Below are positions 18,829 through 27,721 of a stretch of 57,484 bases of DNA, piece after piece (position 1 is the stretch's first letter; each line of letters starts with the position of its first letter). Both the position numbers and the translations under genes were made by a program. A model generated the notes under the pieces. That model did no database searches, was not told the origin of the DNA, and was given only the letters and a program-made list of their open reading frames with translations. This DNA comes from Candidatus Pacearchaeota archaeon. GTDB lineage: Archaea > Nanobdellota > Nanobdellia > Pacearchaeales > GW2011-AR1. Location: NCBI GenBank assembly GCA_023139205.1, contig JAGLOA010000004.1, forward strand, positions 1 to 57,484, written 5' to 3'.

Positions 18829-19032
18829 TTAATATGAAAGTTTTTTTCCAGCTCTAAGAGAATTAATTCCTCCAACAATTATCAAAATTCCTCCAATAAA
18901 AAGTATCCAATTATCTATTTTAGAAATAAATTCCGGAAGAGTAATGAAATTTAGAGAAGAATTAATAAAATATGCTCCAAAAACCAGATATGATAAAAAG
19001 AAAATGATCTTAAATTTTTTATCCATTATCAA
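18829..19032 (-). CDS. small two-TM membrane protein
   Basis: 67 aa with two hydrophobic segments. Confidence 0.6.
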   Translation of the reverse strand: MIMDKKFKIIFFLSYLVFGAYFINSSLNFITLPEFISKIDNWILFIGGILIIVGGINSLRAGKKLSY

Positions 19033-19143
19033 AAAGATAAATAAAACTATTTAAACATTTCTGAAAACTTCAAAGAAATTTGTTTAAAATTACATAAAAC
19101 TCTTACCAAAAGGTTTTAAAAACCTAAATTCTCTCATCAAATT

Positions 19144-19458
19144 ATGAAAATTCCAAAGACAACAAATAGATTTTGTCCATATTGTAAAAAGAAAACAGAA
19201 CAAAAAATTAAGCCAATGGGAACAGGTTTTTCAAGAGGTACAATGACTCGCGGTGGTGGAAGAGCAAGAGCAAAACTTAGAGGTTTAGGAGTTGGAATTG
19301 GAAATTTAGGAAAATGGGGCTCAAAACCAGCTCAAGCAAAGCACAAAAGAAAATCCAAAACAACTAAAAAAACAAATATTATGTATACATGTAAAGAATG
19401 TGGAAAATCAAAATATCAAAAAAAAGGAGAAAGAGCAAGTAAAGTTATACAAGAATAA
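19144..19458 (+). CDS. rpl44e: 50S ribosomal protein L44e
   Basis: MKIPKTTNRFCPYCKKKT...KPA...KTTKK...YTCKECGK. Confidence 0.93.
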   Translation: MKIPKTTNRFCPYCKKKTEQKIKPMGTGFSRGTMTRGGGRARAKLRGLGVGIGNLGKWGSKPAQAKHKRKSKTTKKTNIMYTCKECGKSKYQKKGERASKVIQE

Positions 19459-19460
19459 AA

Positions 19461-20033
19461 ATGGCAATAGCAAAAAGAAAAAAAAGATTTTTTGATGTTG
19501 AAATTCCTTTAATAAAAAAGGAAACACAACTTCAAGCATATGAAATCAAAGAATTAGAAGGAAAAACAATCAAATATGATTTAACAAGGATGCTTAGAGG
19601 GAAAAACATGCTTATTAAACTAAAAGTAGTAATAGAAAAAGACAAAGCAAAAGCAATTCCAAAAGAAACAATTATTCTTCCCTGTTTTTTAAGGAGGATG
19701 GTTAGAAAAGGAACAAATTATATTGAAGATTCATTTTCAACAGATTGTAAAGATGCACAAATAAGAATAAAACCTTTCTTAGTTTCCAGGAGAAAAATTT
19801 CTCGGGTTGTTAGAAAAGCTCTAAGAGAAAAAGCAAAAGAAGAATTAATAAAATATGCCAAGAACAAAACTTCAGAAGTATTATTTGATGAAATTCTAAA
19901 AAATCAAATACAAAAACCTCTAAGTTTAAAATTAAAAAAGATTTATCCTTTAGCCTTATGTGAAATAAGAATTCTGAAGGTAGAAAAAGAACTAGAAAAA
20001 CCAACAGAAAAAGAAAGTAAAGATAAAGAATAA
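19461..20033 (+). CDS. rps3ae: 30S ribosomal protein S3Ae
   Basis: YDLTRMLRG...LRRMVRKGTNYIED...LKKIYPLALCEIRIL; follows L44e. Confidence 0.9.
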   Translation: MAIAKRKKRFFDVEIPLIKKETQLQAYEIKELEGKTIKYDLTRMLRGKNMLIKLKVVIEKDKAKAIPKETIILPCFLRRMVRKGTNYIEDSFSTDCKDAQIRIKPFLVSRRKISRVVRKALREKAKEELIKYAKNKTSEVLFDEILKNQIQKPLSLKLKKIYPLALCEIRILKVEKELEKPTEKESKDKE

Positions 20034-20069
20034 GAAATCTTTTAAACTAATTAATTCTAAATAATTTAT

Positions 20070-20141
20070 GCCTCTATAGCTCAGTGGTAGAGCGACTGCC
20101 TTGTAAGCAGTAGGTCGGGAGTTCAAATCTCTCTGGAGGCT
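20070..20141 (+). tRNA. tRNA-Thr(TGT)
   Basis: GCCTCTA...ACTGC-CTTGTAA-GCAGT-AGGTC-GGGAG-TTCAAAT-CTCTC-TGGAGGC-T. Confidence 0.95.
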
Positions 20142-20151
20142 TTTATAAAAA

Positions 20152-20400
20152 ATGTGGCAAGATATTATCATAACAATTTTAGCTTTTTGTTTTAGCTATG
20201 CTTTAATTCCTCAAGTTTATCATGGATTCAAAGAAAAAAAAGGGACAATACATCTACAAACATCAATAATAACTACAATAGGAGTATTTACTTTAAGCGT
20301 TACTTACATTACCTTGGGGTTATTCTTCTCAGCAATAATGATGTTTATTAATGCAGTCTTATGGACAACCTTACTTATCCAAAAAATAAAATATAAATAA
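20152..20400 (+). CDS. PQ-loop / SemiSWEET-like small membrane protein
   Basis: Three TM segments with LIPQV motif after TM1. Confidence 0.7.
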   Translation: MWQDIIITILAFCFSYALIPQVYHGFKEKKGTIHLQTSIITTIGVFTLSVTYITLGLFFSAIMMFINAVLWTTLLIQKIKYK

Positions 20401-20724
20401 TTATTTTAATTTAACCGCAGTTCCATAAGCCAGCATTTCAGCTGCACCCTGCATTATCATTGAAGTCATAAACCTCATTCCAATAATTGCGTCTGCTTTC
20501 AAATCAATTGCCTGATTAACCATCCGGTTATATGCTTCTTCTCTTGAATGAGAAATCATCTCTGTATAAGTTTTTATTTCTCCACCAACAAGATTCTTAA
20601 AACCAGCCCCAATATCTCGCCCAATATTTCTTGCTCTCACAGTATTTCCTTTAACAATTCCCAAAATCTTTACAACATTCTTTCCAGGAACTTCGGTAGT
20701 TGTTGTAACAATTATATTAACCAT
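20401..20724 (-). CDS. YbjQ/UPF0145 family protein
   Basis: GIVKGNTVRARNIGRDIGAGFKNLVGGEIKTY...GAAEMLAYGTAV. Confidence 0.9.
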   Translation of the reverse strand: MVNIIVTTTTEVPGKNVVKILGIVKGNTVRARNIGRDIGAGFKNLVGGEIKTYTEMISHSREEAYNRMVNQAIDLKADAIIGMRFMTSMIMQGAAEMLAYGTAVKLK

Positions 20725-20933
20725 TATTTTTTACCTCCCAGATATTTATTTTTTATCCCCTCTATTTTATCTTCCTTTTTATTAAAAAAAATAAAAAATC
20801 CAATTATCAAAATTAAAATTCCATAAATCAAAATAAAAAAAGAGGTAAAAAAAGAAATCGCAATTAAAATTAATCCTAAAAAAATCATGATTATCCCAGT
20901 TATTGTTCTACTGACTAAGTTCATAAAAAACAA
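20724..20933 (-). CDS. small membrane protein
   Basis: 69 aa, two hydrophobic helices, basic tail. Confidence 0.6.
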   Translation of the reverse strand: MFFMNLVSRTITGIIMIFLGLILIAISFFTSFFILIYGILILIIGFFIFFNKKEDKIEGIKNKYLGGKK

Positions 20934-20976
20934 ATTCTCAAAGGTTAATAAAACTATTTAAAAAATATTAAATACT

Positions 20977-21534
20977 TCAACAAGATTCTCCTTCAACAAG
21001 CTCTGCTTTTCCACCATCAATCAAAATCTTAGCAATCTCTTTAGGAATATTCGCGATTTGTCCCTTTTCAAAACTCATTTTCTTCCCATCTAAATCTACA
21101 AATTCTTCAACATCTTCAACAAAAACAATTAACTCATTTTGTTTAACTTCTTCTTTTCCATTAAGAATCTCACTTATTTTTTTATCTGAATGATTCACAG
21201 ACCTCATTAAATCCTCAAAAAGATCTTTTTCAAAACTAAACATATTCTCAAAATCTTGTTTTGAAATTCCAGTCTCAGTCGCAATTAAAACTAAATTTAA
21301 AATCTTCTTTCTTCTCCTCAACATAATTTCCTTAAAGAGAGTTAAAGCATTTTCAAGTTGTTTTTTAGCTTTTATAACTACATCAGAAAAAACATCTTCC
21401 TCATTTGAAGAAACATCTTTTTTTTCTTTTAAATAATTAGCCACATCTAAAACAAAATTTTTAGGAATTGGTTGCAATTGTTCAGAATATCTTTCTTTTC
21501 TCGCAGCTTCATAAATTTCATTATAAGTTATCAT
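20977..21534 (-). CDS. DNA replication complex GINS family protein (Gins51-like)
   Basis: MITYNEIYEAARKERYSEQLQPIPKNF; RRRKKILNL; C-terminal B domain FVDLDG...FEKGQIANIP...AKILIDGGKAELV. Confidence 0.8.
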   Translation of the reverse strand: MITYNEIYEAARKERYSEQLQPIPKNFVLDVANYLKEKKDVSSNEEDVFSDVVIKAKKQLENALTLFKEIMLRRRKKILNLVLIATETGISKQDFENMFSFEKDLFEDLMRSVNHSDKKISEILNGKEEVKQNELIVFVEDVEEFVDLDGKKMSFEKGQIANIPKEIAKILIDGGKAELVEGESC

Positions 21535-21592
21535 CTTTTAAGCAATAATATCTAATTTTTAATGATTGCTGTGATTAACAAATACAAATTAT

Positions 21593-22000
21593 TTACGCAT
21601 AACCAGAAATCCCAGTAAAATTTCCACGCACTTCTAAATTAAATGTAGTCAAAAATTTATTCAATTCATCAAAAGTCTTCTTATCAATTATTTTTTGGGC
21701 ATACAACTCTTCAAAAACCCCTTTTAAAAAAAGTTTAAAGTCTTTATTAAAAAAAGCTACATTCTTTTCTTTAATTACTTCATTAAAAACACCATACAAA
21801 ATTTCTAAATCAGAATCAAATAAAATCGGATACCTCAACAATAATTTATTGAATTTTGCATCTACTTTTTCAAGTTTTCTTTTAGATATAAAATCTTCTT
21901 TATCCTCTAATAAAGAGGATTCTAATTCTCTTTTTTCAAAATAAAAACTAATAAAATCTCTCATAAATTTTTTATCTTTTTTACTAATCTTTTTTTCCAT
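21593..22000 (-). CDS. hypothetical protein, paralog of 22050-22443
   Basis: Shares FNKDFKLFLKGVFEELYAQKIIDKK..F.ELN.FLTTF.LE with the neighbouring ORF. Confidence 0.7.
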   Translation of the reverse strand: MEKKISKKDKKFMRDFISFYFEKRELESSLLEDKEDFISKRKLEKVDAKFNKLLLRYPILFDSDLEILYGVFNEVIKEKNVAFFNKDFKLFLKGVFEELYAQKIIDKKTFDELNKFLTTFNLEVRGNFTGISGYA

Positions 22001-22476
22001 TTTATCTCACAAACCCAACTTTCTTTAATAATTTCATCCTAAAAGATAATTAAAAGCCCAGACCAGCTCCAGCAGTTTCTCCAGGACCCATTTTACGAGA
22101 CTCTAAATGAAATGTAGTCAAAAATCTATTCAATTCATTAAAAATTTTCTTATCGATTATTTTTTTGGCATACAACTCTTCAAAAACCCATTTTAAAAAG
22201 AACTTAAAAGATTCATTAAAAAAATAACCTTCCCTTTCCTTATCTTTAGCGACCTTATTAAAAACTTTATATAAGAGATTTAAATCCTTAAATAAAAAAC
22301 CATAATTAGGTAACATGCTATTTAATTTTTTATTTGCTTCTTCCAAACTCTTCTTATCTTTGTTAAATTCTGAATCAATACCCTCAAGGTAAGTATTAAT
22401 AAATTCTTCAATAAATTTCCTCTCTTTTTTGTTTTTTTTCCATTTTATCTCACAAACCCAACTTTCTTTAATAATT
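21991..22476. repeat. perfect 43-bp direct repeat of the apgM 3' end, 443 bp apart
   Basis: TTTTTTCCATTTTATCTCACAAACCCAACTTTCTTTAATAATT at 21991-22033 and 22434-22476. Confidence 0.9.
22050..22443 (-). pseudogene. paralog of 21593-22000 with its ATG out of frame through an A8 run
   Basis: ATG at 22443 followed by GA8C; removing one A gives MEKNKKERKFIEEFINTYL..., aligning with MEKKISKKDKKFMRDFISFYF of the paralog. Confidence 0.65.
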
Positions 22477-23686
22477 CTCCTCCAACCATACGCCCCAAAG
22501 TCCCTTTTTTTGCTTCTTTTTCATTAAATTTTTTCTCTTTTGGAATTGAATCATTATAAAATAAAACAGGAACAGGATCTGCTGAATGATTCTTAAGATT
22601 ACAGGGTGTTGAATGATCTGCAGTCACAACAACTTTAATTTTATTTGGAGGAGCAAATTTTCTCAAAAACTTAAAAAAAGTTTTATCAATATACTCTAAC
22701 ATTAACTTCTTTTCAAAAGGTTTATTATCATGCCCAGGAGTATCTGTTTCTTTCAGATGTATGTAAGCATAATCCACGTTTTTATAATTTTTTTTCAAAA
22801 TTTTAATTGAAAACTTACAGGCTTTTGCTAAACCCTCATAAAGATTTGCATAAGCATCTAAATTCCTTAATTTAGGGTATTCAAAAGAAAAATTTTTCAT
22901 ACCACAAACTCTTGAAAAACCAATTTCCAAAGGCATGTAATTAGCTGAAATCCATCCAGCATAGGATTTTAATTTAGGGATTTCAATTCCTGCACCCCTT
23001 ATAAAAAGATAATTCGCAGGCAGCAATCCTCTTTTTTTTCTTTCTTTATTCAAAGGATGTTCATTCAAAACTTCGTGAGCTCTTTCTAAAAATTCATTAA
23101 CAATATTAGCAGAATATTGAGAATTTTCGTCATCATCCAAAGCTTTACAAAAACCAATCTTATCTATCCTTCTAGATTTTCCCTGATGATAAGTCGCATC
23201 ATTACCTAAAATATTATCTGAAAAACCCCCTCTAAAAACTAAAACAGCCCTATGTTGAATTGTTGGTTTAAAAACAAATTCACAGGGAAGCTTTATTTTA
23301 TTCAATGCTTTAGAAAGAACATCTGCTTCTTGATTTGTCAGAGTTCTCCCTACTCTCCTATCAAGAATATTTCCTTCCTCAAAGGAATCAATTGTCGCGA
23401 AATTAACTCTCAAGGCCAAATCCCCTCTTGTCAATTTAATATCTGTACCTCTTACCTCTAATTGTCCTCTTGTACTAGAAATTAAATCATTACCAAAAAT
23501 AGAAACAATTGCCTCATCTGATTCAGGGATAAATCCCGGCCTAACAGAATACAGATATCCCATTTCTCCTCTGGTAGCTAAAAAATCCAGATTAGGAGTA
23601 TATGCAACTTCCAAAGGAGTTTTCTCACCAAATTGCTTACAAGGTAAATCACCTATTCCATCCAAAATAACAAAAATTCCTTTCAT
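22445..23686 (-). CDS. apgM: 2,3-bisphosphoglycerate-independent phosphoglycerate mutase (archaeal type)
   Basis: ILDGIGD...KTPLE.A.TPNLD, PESD, HLKETDTPGHD, TADHSTPC...HSADPVP. Confidence 0.92.
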   Translation of the reverse strand: MKGIFVILDGIGDLPCKQFGEKTPLEVAYTPNLDFLATRGEMGYLYSVRPGFIPESDEAIVSIFGNDLISSTRGQLEVRGTDIKLTRGDLALRVNFATIDSFEEGNILDRRVGRTLTNQEADVLSKALNKIKLPCEFVFKPTIQHRAVLVFRGGFSDNILGNDATYHQGKSRRIDKIGFCKALDDDENSQYSANIVNEFLERAHEVLNEHPLNKERKKRGLLPANYLFIRGAGIEIPKLKSYAGWISANYMPLEIGFSRVCGMKNFSFEYPKLRNLDAYANLYEGLAKACKFSIKILKKNYKNVDYAYIHLKETDTPGHDNKPFEKKLMLEYIDKTFFKFLRKFAPPNKIKVVVTADHSTPCNLKNHSADPVPVLFYNDSIPKEKKFNEKEAKKGTLGRMVGGELLKKVGFVR

Positions 23687-23861
23687 TTGATAAATTTCCT
23701 ATTTAGCGAATGAATACAAAAATTCCCTGTTTTTGCTTTCATTCAAAATAACCTCCAAATCTTTTTGAATGAATGAAAAATCTTCCTCTGGACCTACTTG
23801 GTTGATTTACTTTCATAAATTTAACAAGACTCTCTTCTTTATAAAAATTTATATCTAAGAA

Positions 23862-24533
23862 TTAAATTTTCAAATCATACTCAAAAACTTTATCATAAGG
23901 AATAAACCATTTTATTGCATCCTCTCTAGAAACATTCTCCATAATCTTTCTAAACAAACGAATAGAATTACCATGAGCAGAAATTGCGACATTAACTTTA
24001 TGCTTTTTCATAAAATTCTTCAGATAAACAATAAACTTCTTAACTCTTTTTTCAACATCTGCAAAAGACTCTCCATTTGGTGCCGCAACATCATACCCTC
24101 TATGAATTGCTTCATATTCTTCTTCCCCAAAAAATTTCTCCACTTTATTTCTGAATTTTGGTTCTAAATTTTCAATAGCATCCCCCTCAATTCTCAAATC
24201 ATAAGAACGTTTTCCTATTTTTTCAATAAATTGTCTATGTGTAGTTCCTTCTAAATCCCCATAACTTCTTTCAATCATTCTATCATCAATAATAATTTTT
24301 TTACATTCAGAATGAAATTTTAAAACATAGTTCAAAGTCTGTTTAGAACGTGGTAAACTTGTATGAAAAGCAACCTGAATTTTCTTATCCCTTAATTTCT
24401 TAGATATCTTTTTTGCATCTCTTTTCCCTCTTAAAACTAATCTTGTATGTTTATGCCCACAAAAAAGTCCATTAACATTATAAACAGTTCTTCCATGCCT
24501 AAACAGATAAATCTTAAACACCTTCTTTTTCAT
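23862..24533 (-). CDS. histidine phosphatase family protein, dPGM-like
   Basis: FRHGRT, ERSYGDLEG, APNGESFADV.KRV, ISAHGNSIR. Confidence 0.85.
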   Translation of the reverse strand: MKKKVFKIYLFRHGRTVYNVNGLFCGHKHTRLVLRGKRDAKKISKKLRDKKIQVAFHTSLPRSKQTLNYVLKFHSECKKIIIDDRMIERSYGDLEGTTHRQFIEKIGKRSYDLRIEGDAIENLEPKFRNKVEKFFGEEEYEAIHRGYDVAAPNGESFADVEKRVKKFIVYLKNFMKKHKVNVAISAHGNSIRLFRKIMENVSREDAIKWFIPYDKVFEYDLKI

Positions 24534-24622
24534 AAAACATAAAACAAAAATTTCTTTATAAAAATTTGGATTTCAAAAATCAATAAAGAAAATATTATAA
24601 ATCTCCAAACACTAAAGAAAAC

Positions 24623-25795
24623 ATGTTTAAATTTTTAAAAGATAAAATAGGAAAATGGGCAAAAAAAGTCTCTGAAAAAACAGAAATAAAAGAAAAACCA
24701 AAAGAAATAGAAACTCCTGTAAAAATAAATCTAAAAGAACAGACATCTAAACAAGATTTAGAAAAAGAAATTAATGAAAAAAAAGTTGAAACTAAAAAAG
24801 AAGTTAAAATTCCTGTAAAATTTAATGCAGGAACACATGCATATGAACCAGATTTAGAAAAGTTAGAAGAAATCAAAAAAGAAGAAGAAACCCCCGAACC
24901 AGGAAAAAAAGGATTTTTCAAAAAAATAACTTCAAAAATAAACAAGGTAAAAATTTCTGAAAAAGAATTTGAAGTTTATTCTGAAGAACTTGAAATGTTG
25001 CTTTTAGAAAATAACGTAGCTTTAGAAGTAGCAGAAAAAATGATTAAAGAATTAAAAGAAAAAATAATCGGAAAAGAACTTTTGAAAAAAGAAGTTGAAG
25101 GAGAAATAAAAGATTGTTTCAAAGAAATAATTGAAGAAATTTTAATAGATCCTTTTGATTTAGTTGAAAAAATTAAAGAGAAAATCTCTAACCAAAAAAA
25201 AGACCCTTATGTGATTTTATTTTGTGGGATAAATGGGACAGGAAAAACAACAACATTGGCTAAAATTGCAGATTCTTTAAAAAGTAAAAAAATTTCTTGT
25301 GTAATTGCTGCAGCAGACACTTTTAGAGCAGCCTCAATAGAACAAATAAAAGAACATGGAGAAAAAATAGGAGTAAAAGTTGTGTCTCAAGAATATGGTT
25401 CTGACCCTGCAGCAGTAGGATTTGATGCAATAAAATATGCAAAAAAGAATTTCATAAATTGCGTTTTAATTGATACAGCCGGAAGAATGCACACTTCAAA
25501 AAACTTGTTAAAAGAAATTGAAAAAATTTCAAGAGTCTGCAAACCAGATACAAAAATATTCGTTGGGGAAAGTATAACTGGAAATGATGTTATAGAACAG
25601 GCAAAAAGTTTTGACTGGGAAATTGGAATTGACGGAGTGGTCTTAACAAAAGCAGATATTGATGAAAAAGGCGGCACAGCTTTGTCAGTAGGTTATATAA
25701 CAAAAAAACCAATTCTTTATTTAGGTACAGGTCAGGCCTATGACAAGATAGAACCCTTTGACAAGCAAAAATTCATAGAAAAATTAGGATTGTGA
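24623..25795 (+). CDS. ftsY: SRP receptor FtsY
   Basis: GINGTGKTTT, AADTFRAA, DTAGRM, TKAD.D.KGG, GTGQ.Y; K/E-rich N-terminal region. Confidence 0.95.
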   Translation: MFKFLKDKIGKWAKKVSEKTEIKEKPKEIETPVKINLKEQTSKQDLEKEINEKKVETKKEVKIPVKFNAGTHAYEPDLEKLEEIKKEEETPEPGKKGFFKKITSKINKVKISEKEFEVYSEELEMLLLENNVALEVAEKMIKELKEKIIGKELLKKEVEGEIKDCFKEIIEEILIDPFDLVEKIKEKISNQKKDPYVILFCGINGTGKTTTLAKIADSLKSKKISCVIAAADTFRAASIEQIKEHGEKIGVKVVSQEYGSDPAAVGFDAIKYAKKNFINCVLIDTAGRMHTSKNLLKEIEKISRVCKPDTKIFVGESITGNDVIEQAKSFDWEIGIDGVVLTKADIDEKGGTALSVGYITKKPILYLGTGQAYDKIEPFDKQKFIEKLGL

Positions 25796-25933
25796 ATTTT
25801 TGTGCAGTCTATATGATTTCTCCAGAGGAAATTGGAAATCACCGTTCAGTGTTTTGGGGGAAGGTTCTAAAGGAAACCAGCCGGTTTCTTTTATTTTGAC
25901 AAACAAAAGTTCATAGAAAAACTTGGATTATGA
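25757..25933. mobile_element. 99-nt hairpin module flanked by synonymously recoded copies of the ftsY 3' end
   Basis: 25757-25795 and 25895-25933 both encode FDKQKFIEKLGL*; 34/39 nt identical, all 5 differences synonymous. Confidence 0.8.
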
Positions 25934-25983
25934 AAGACCATCTAAATCTTTAAAAATAAGGGATTTCTTTCAATCAATAGAAA

Positions 25984-26988
25984 ATGAACGATGATGAACC
26001 TCCTGATTCAAGAACGAATTCTCTAGAAAGAAAATTAACAACAATAATAGTCCAAAAAAACACAGAACCTCTACTCTCTCCAAAGATGCTTAAAGGGAAA
26101 TATAGTTCTATTAGAAATCCTGGAGCATTTACTTATAAAGATAAAATTGGATTGCTTTGCACAGTAAGATATTCTTCAGATAATAAATGCAGATTACATC
26201 TAGCATGGAGTGAAAATGGGAAAGATTTTAGTCTTGAAGAAAATCCATTCATAGATTTAGACCCGGATGCACAAGAAGGAGTAGAAGATTCAAGAGTTTC
26301 AAAAATCGGAAAAGAATATTTTATTACATTCACTGCCTATAAAGGGTATGAAAACAAAGCAAACACAACTAGGGTGGGGCTTATAAAAACAAAAAATTTC
26401 AAATCTTTTTTTGAAAGAAAAATTATACTTGATGAGCATAGAAATAATAAAAATTCATTAATTTTTGAGCATGAAGGGACTCCATGGATAATTGACAGAA
26501 AATTTAGAGGGGATGGAAATGATGAATTTTCTCCAGGGGCAAGAATAGCAAGAATAAAAAACTTAGAAAAAACAGAAATTGAAGAATTCAAACCTTTTTT
26601 AATGCCAAGAAAAGAAAAATGGGATAATGCAAGAACTGGTGTAAACACCCCTCCCATAAAAATGAAACATAAAATTTACGGGGATATTTTATTTATGTTA
26701 TATCATGGGGCAAGTAAACAAGGAAACAGATATCAAATGGGATATGTTATATTAGACGGTAAAAACCCAAACAAAATTTTAGAAAGATCAATAGAACCTC
26801 TTCTCTCCACAGAATTAGATTGGGAAATAGGAAGAGGAAAATATCCTGCAGAAGTAGGAAATGTAGTGTTTGGTTGCGGGGCAATTCCTATAGGAAAAAA
26901 CAAAATAAGAGCATATTATTCAGGAGGAGACAGATATCCTGGATTTGCAGACCTAACAATCAAAAACACAAAAATTAAAGAACAATAA
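25984..26988 (+). CDS. GH130-like glycosidase/phosphorylase (five-bladed beta-propeller)
   Basis: RNPGA, GVEDSRV, NNKN, WDNARTGVNTPP, YHG, NVVFGCGA, YYSGGD. Confidence 0.8.
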   Translation: MNDDEPPDSRTNSLERKLTTIIVQKNTEPLLSPKMLKGKYSSIRNPGAFTYKDKIGLLCTVRYSSDNKCRLHLAWSENGKDFSLEENPFIDLDPDAQEGVEDSRVSKIGKEYFITFTAYKGYENKANTTRVGLIKTKNFKSFFERKIILDEHRNNKNSLIFEHEGTPWIIDRKFRGDGNDEFSPGARIARIKNLEKTEIEEFKPFLMPRKEKWDNARTGVNTPPIKMKHKIYGDILFMLYHGASKQGNRYQMGYVILDGKNPNKILERSIEPLLSTELDWEIGRGKYPAEVGNVVFGCGAIPIGKNKIRAYYSGGDRYPGFADLTIKNTKIKEQ

Positions 26989-27058
26989 TCACAAAACAAA
27001 GATTAATAAAAAACCAAAAAGATTAAAAAGGATTAAAGATAGTATTAACTACTATACA

Positions 27059-27658
27059 ATGGCAATAAAAGGAGCTTTTCAAATGGTTGCAGGATACAGA
27101 ATATTCCTTCTTCATAATGATAATATCTCTGAAGTCCACTCTTTCATTAAAGAAGAACATTGTACAGAAAGTGGGATTGAAGAAGAAGTCCTAAATGAAA
27201 AAAGAGGCGAACTAATCCTAATCCTAAAAGACATTAGGGACAGCGATAATCCTGACAGAGTTAGAGGCTTTGTAGACTGTTTATACAACAATTCTACAAA
27301 AGGAGAAAAAACTCCTCAAAACTTATCTGACTTAGAAAGGGGTTACTTTTTAAAATTCAAACAAGATCCTTTCCATAATTACTTAATTATAAAAGAAGGT
27401 GCAGATAATGTATTGTCCTTAAAGGAACAAGCAGGACTATCACTTTCCTTGTTTTGCTCACGTAAAAACATAAACGAAGATTATAAACATCATGAGAATG
27501 ACCTATGTATAAAATGGATAGATGAAAACGGAGGAAAATTCAGTGAAATTTTTAGAGAAAGTTATATAGAAAAATTAAGTAGAAAACCTTACAAAGTTTA
27601 CAAAAATCTTGAAAGGAATATTTCTAAACTTATTGAAAAAAGAAGTCAACAACCATGA
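27059..27658 (+). CDS. hypothetical protein
   Basis: 199-aa ORF filling the intergenic space; no recognised motif. Confidence 0.6.
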   Translation: MAIKGAFQMVAGYRIFLLHNDNISEVHSFIKEEHCTESGIEEEVLNEKRGELILILKDIRDSDNPDRVRGFVDCLYNNSTKGEKTPQNLSDLERGYFLKFKQDPFHNYLIIKEGADNVLSLKEQAGLSLSLFCSRKNINEDYKHHENDLCIKWIDENGGKFSEIFRESYIEKLSRKPYKVYKNLERNISKLIEKRSQQP

Positions 27659-27721
27659 CCATAAAATCTTTTATAACTAAGAAACCCAAAATTTATTAAC
27701 CATACTTTTACTCAGTATTCT

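Noticed and set aside
23700-23815. Possible small ORF or hairpin between the two PGM genes
   Set aside because: The ATG frame gives 25 aa and the longer frame lacks a start; the inverted repeat is imperfect and AT-rich.
25757-25933. DGR template/variable repeat interpretation of the duplicated gene ends
   Set aside because: Mismatches include G/A, T/C and A/T changes in both directions, not adenine-only, and no reverse transcriptase is in the window.
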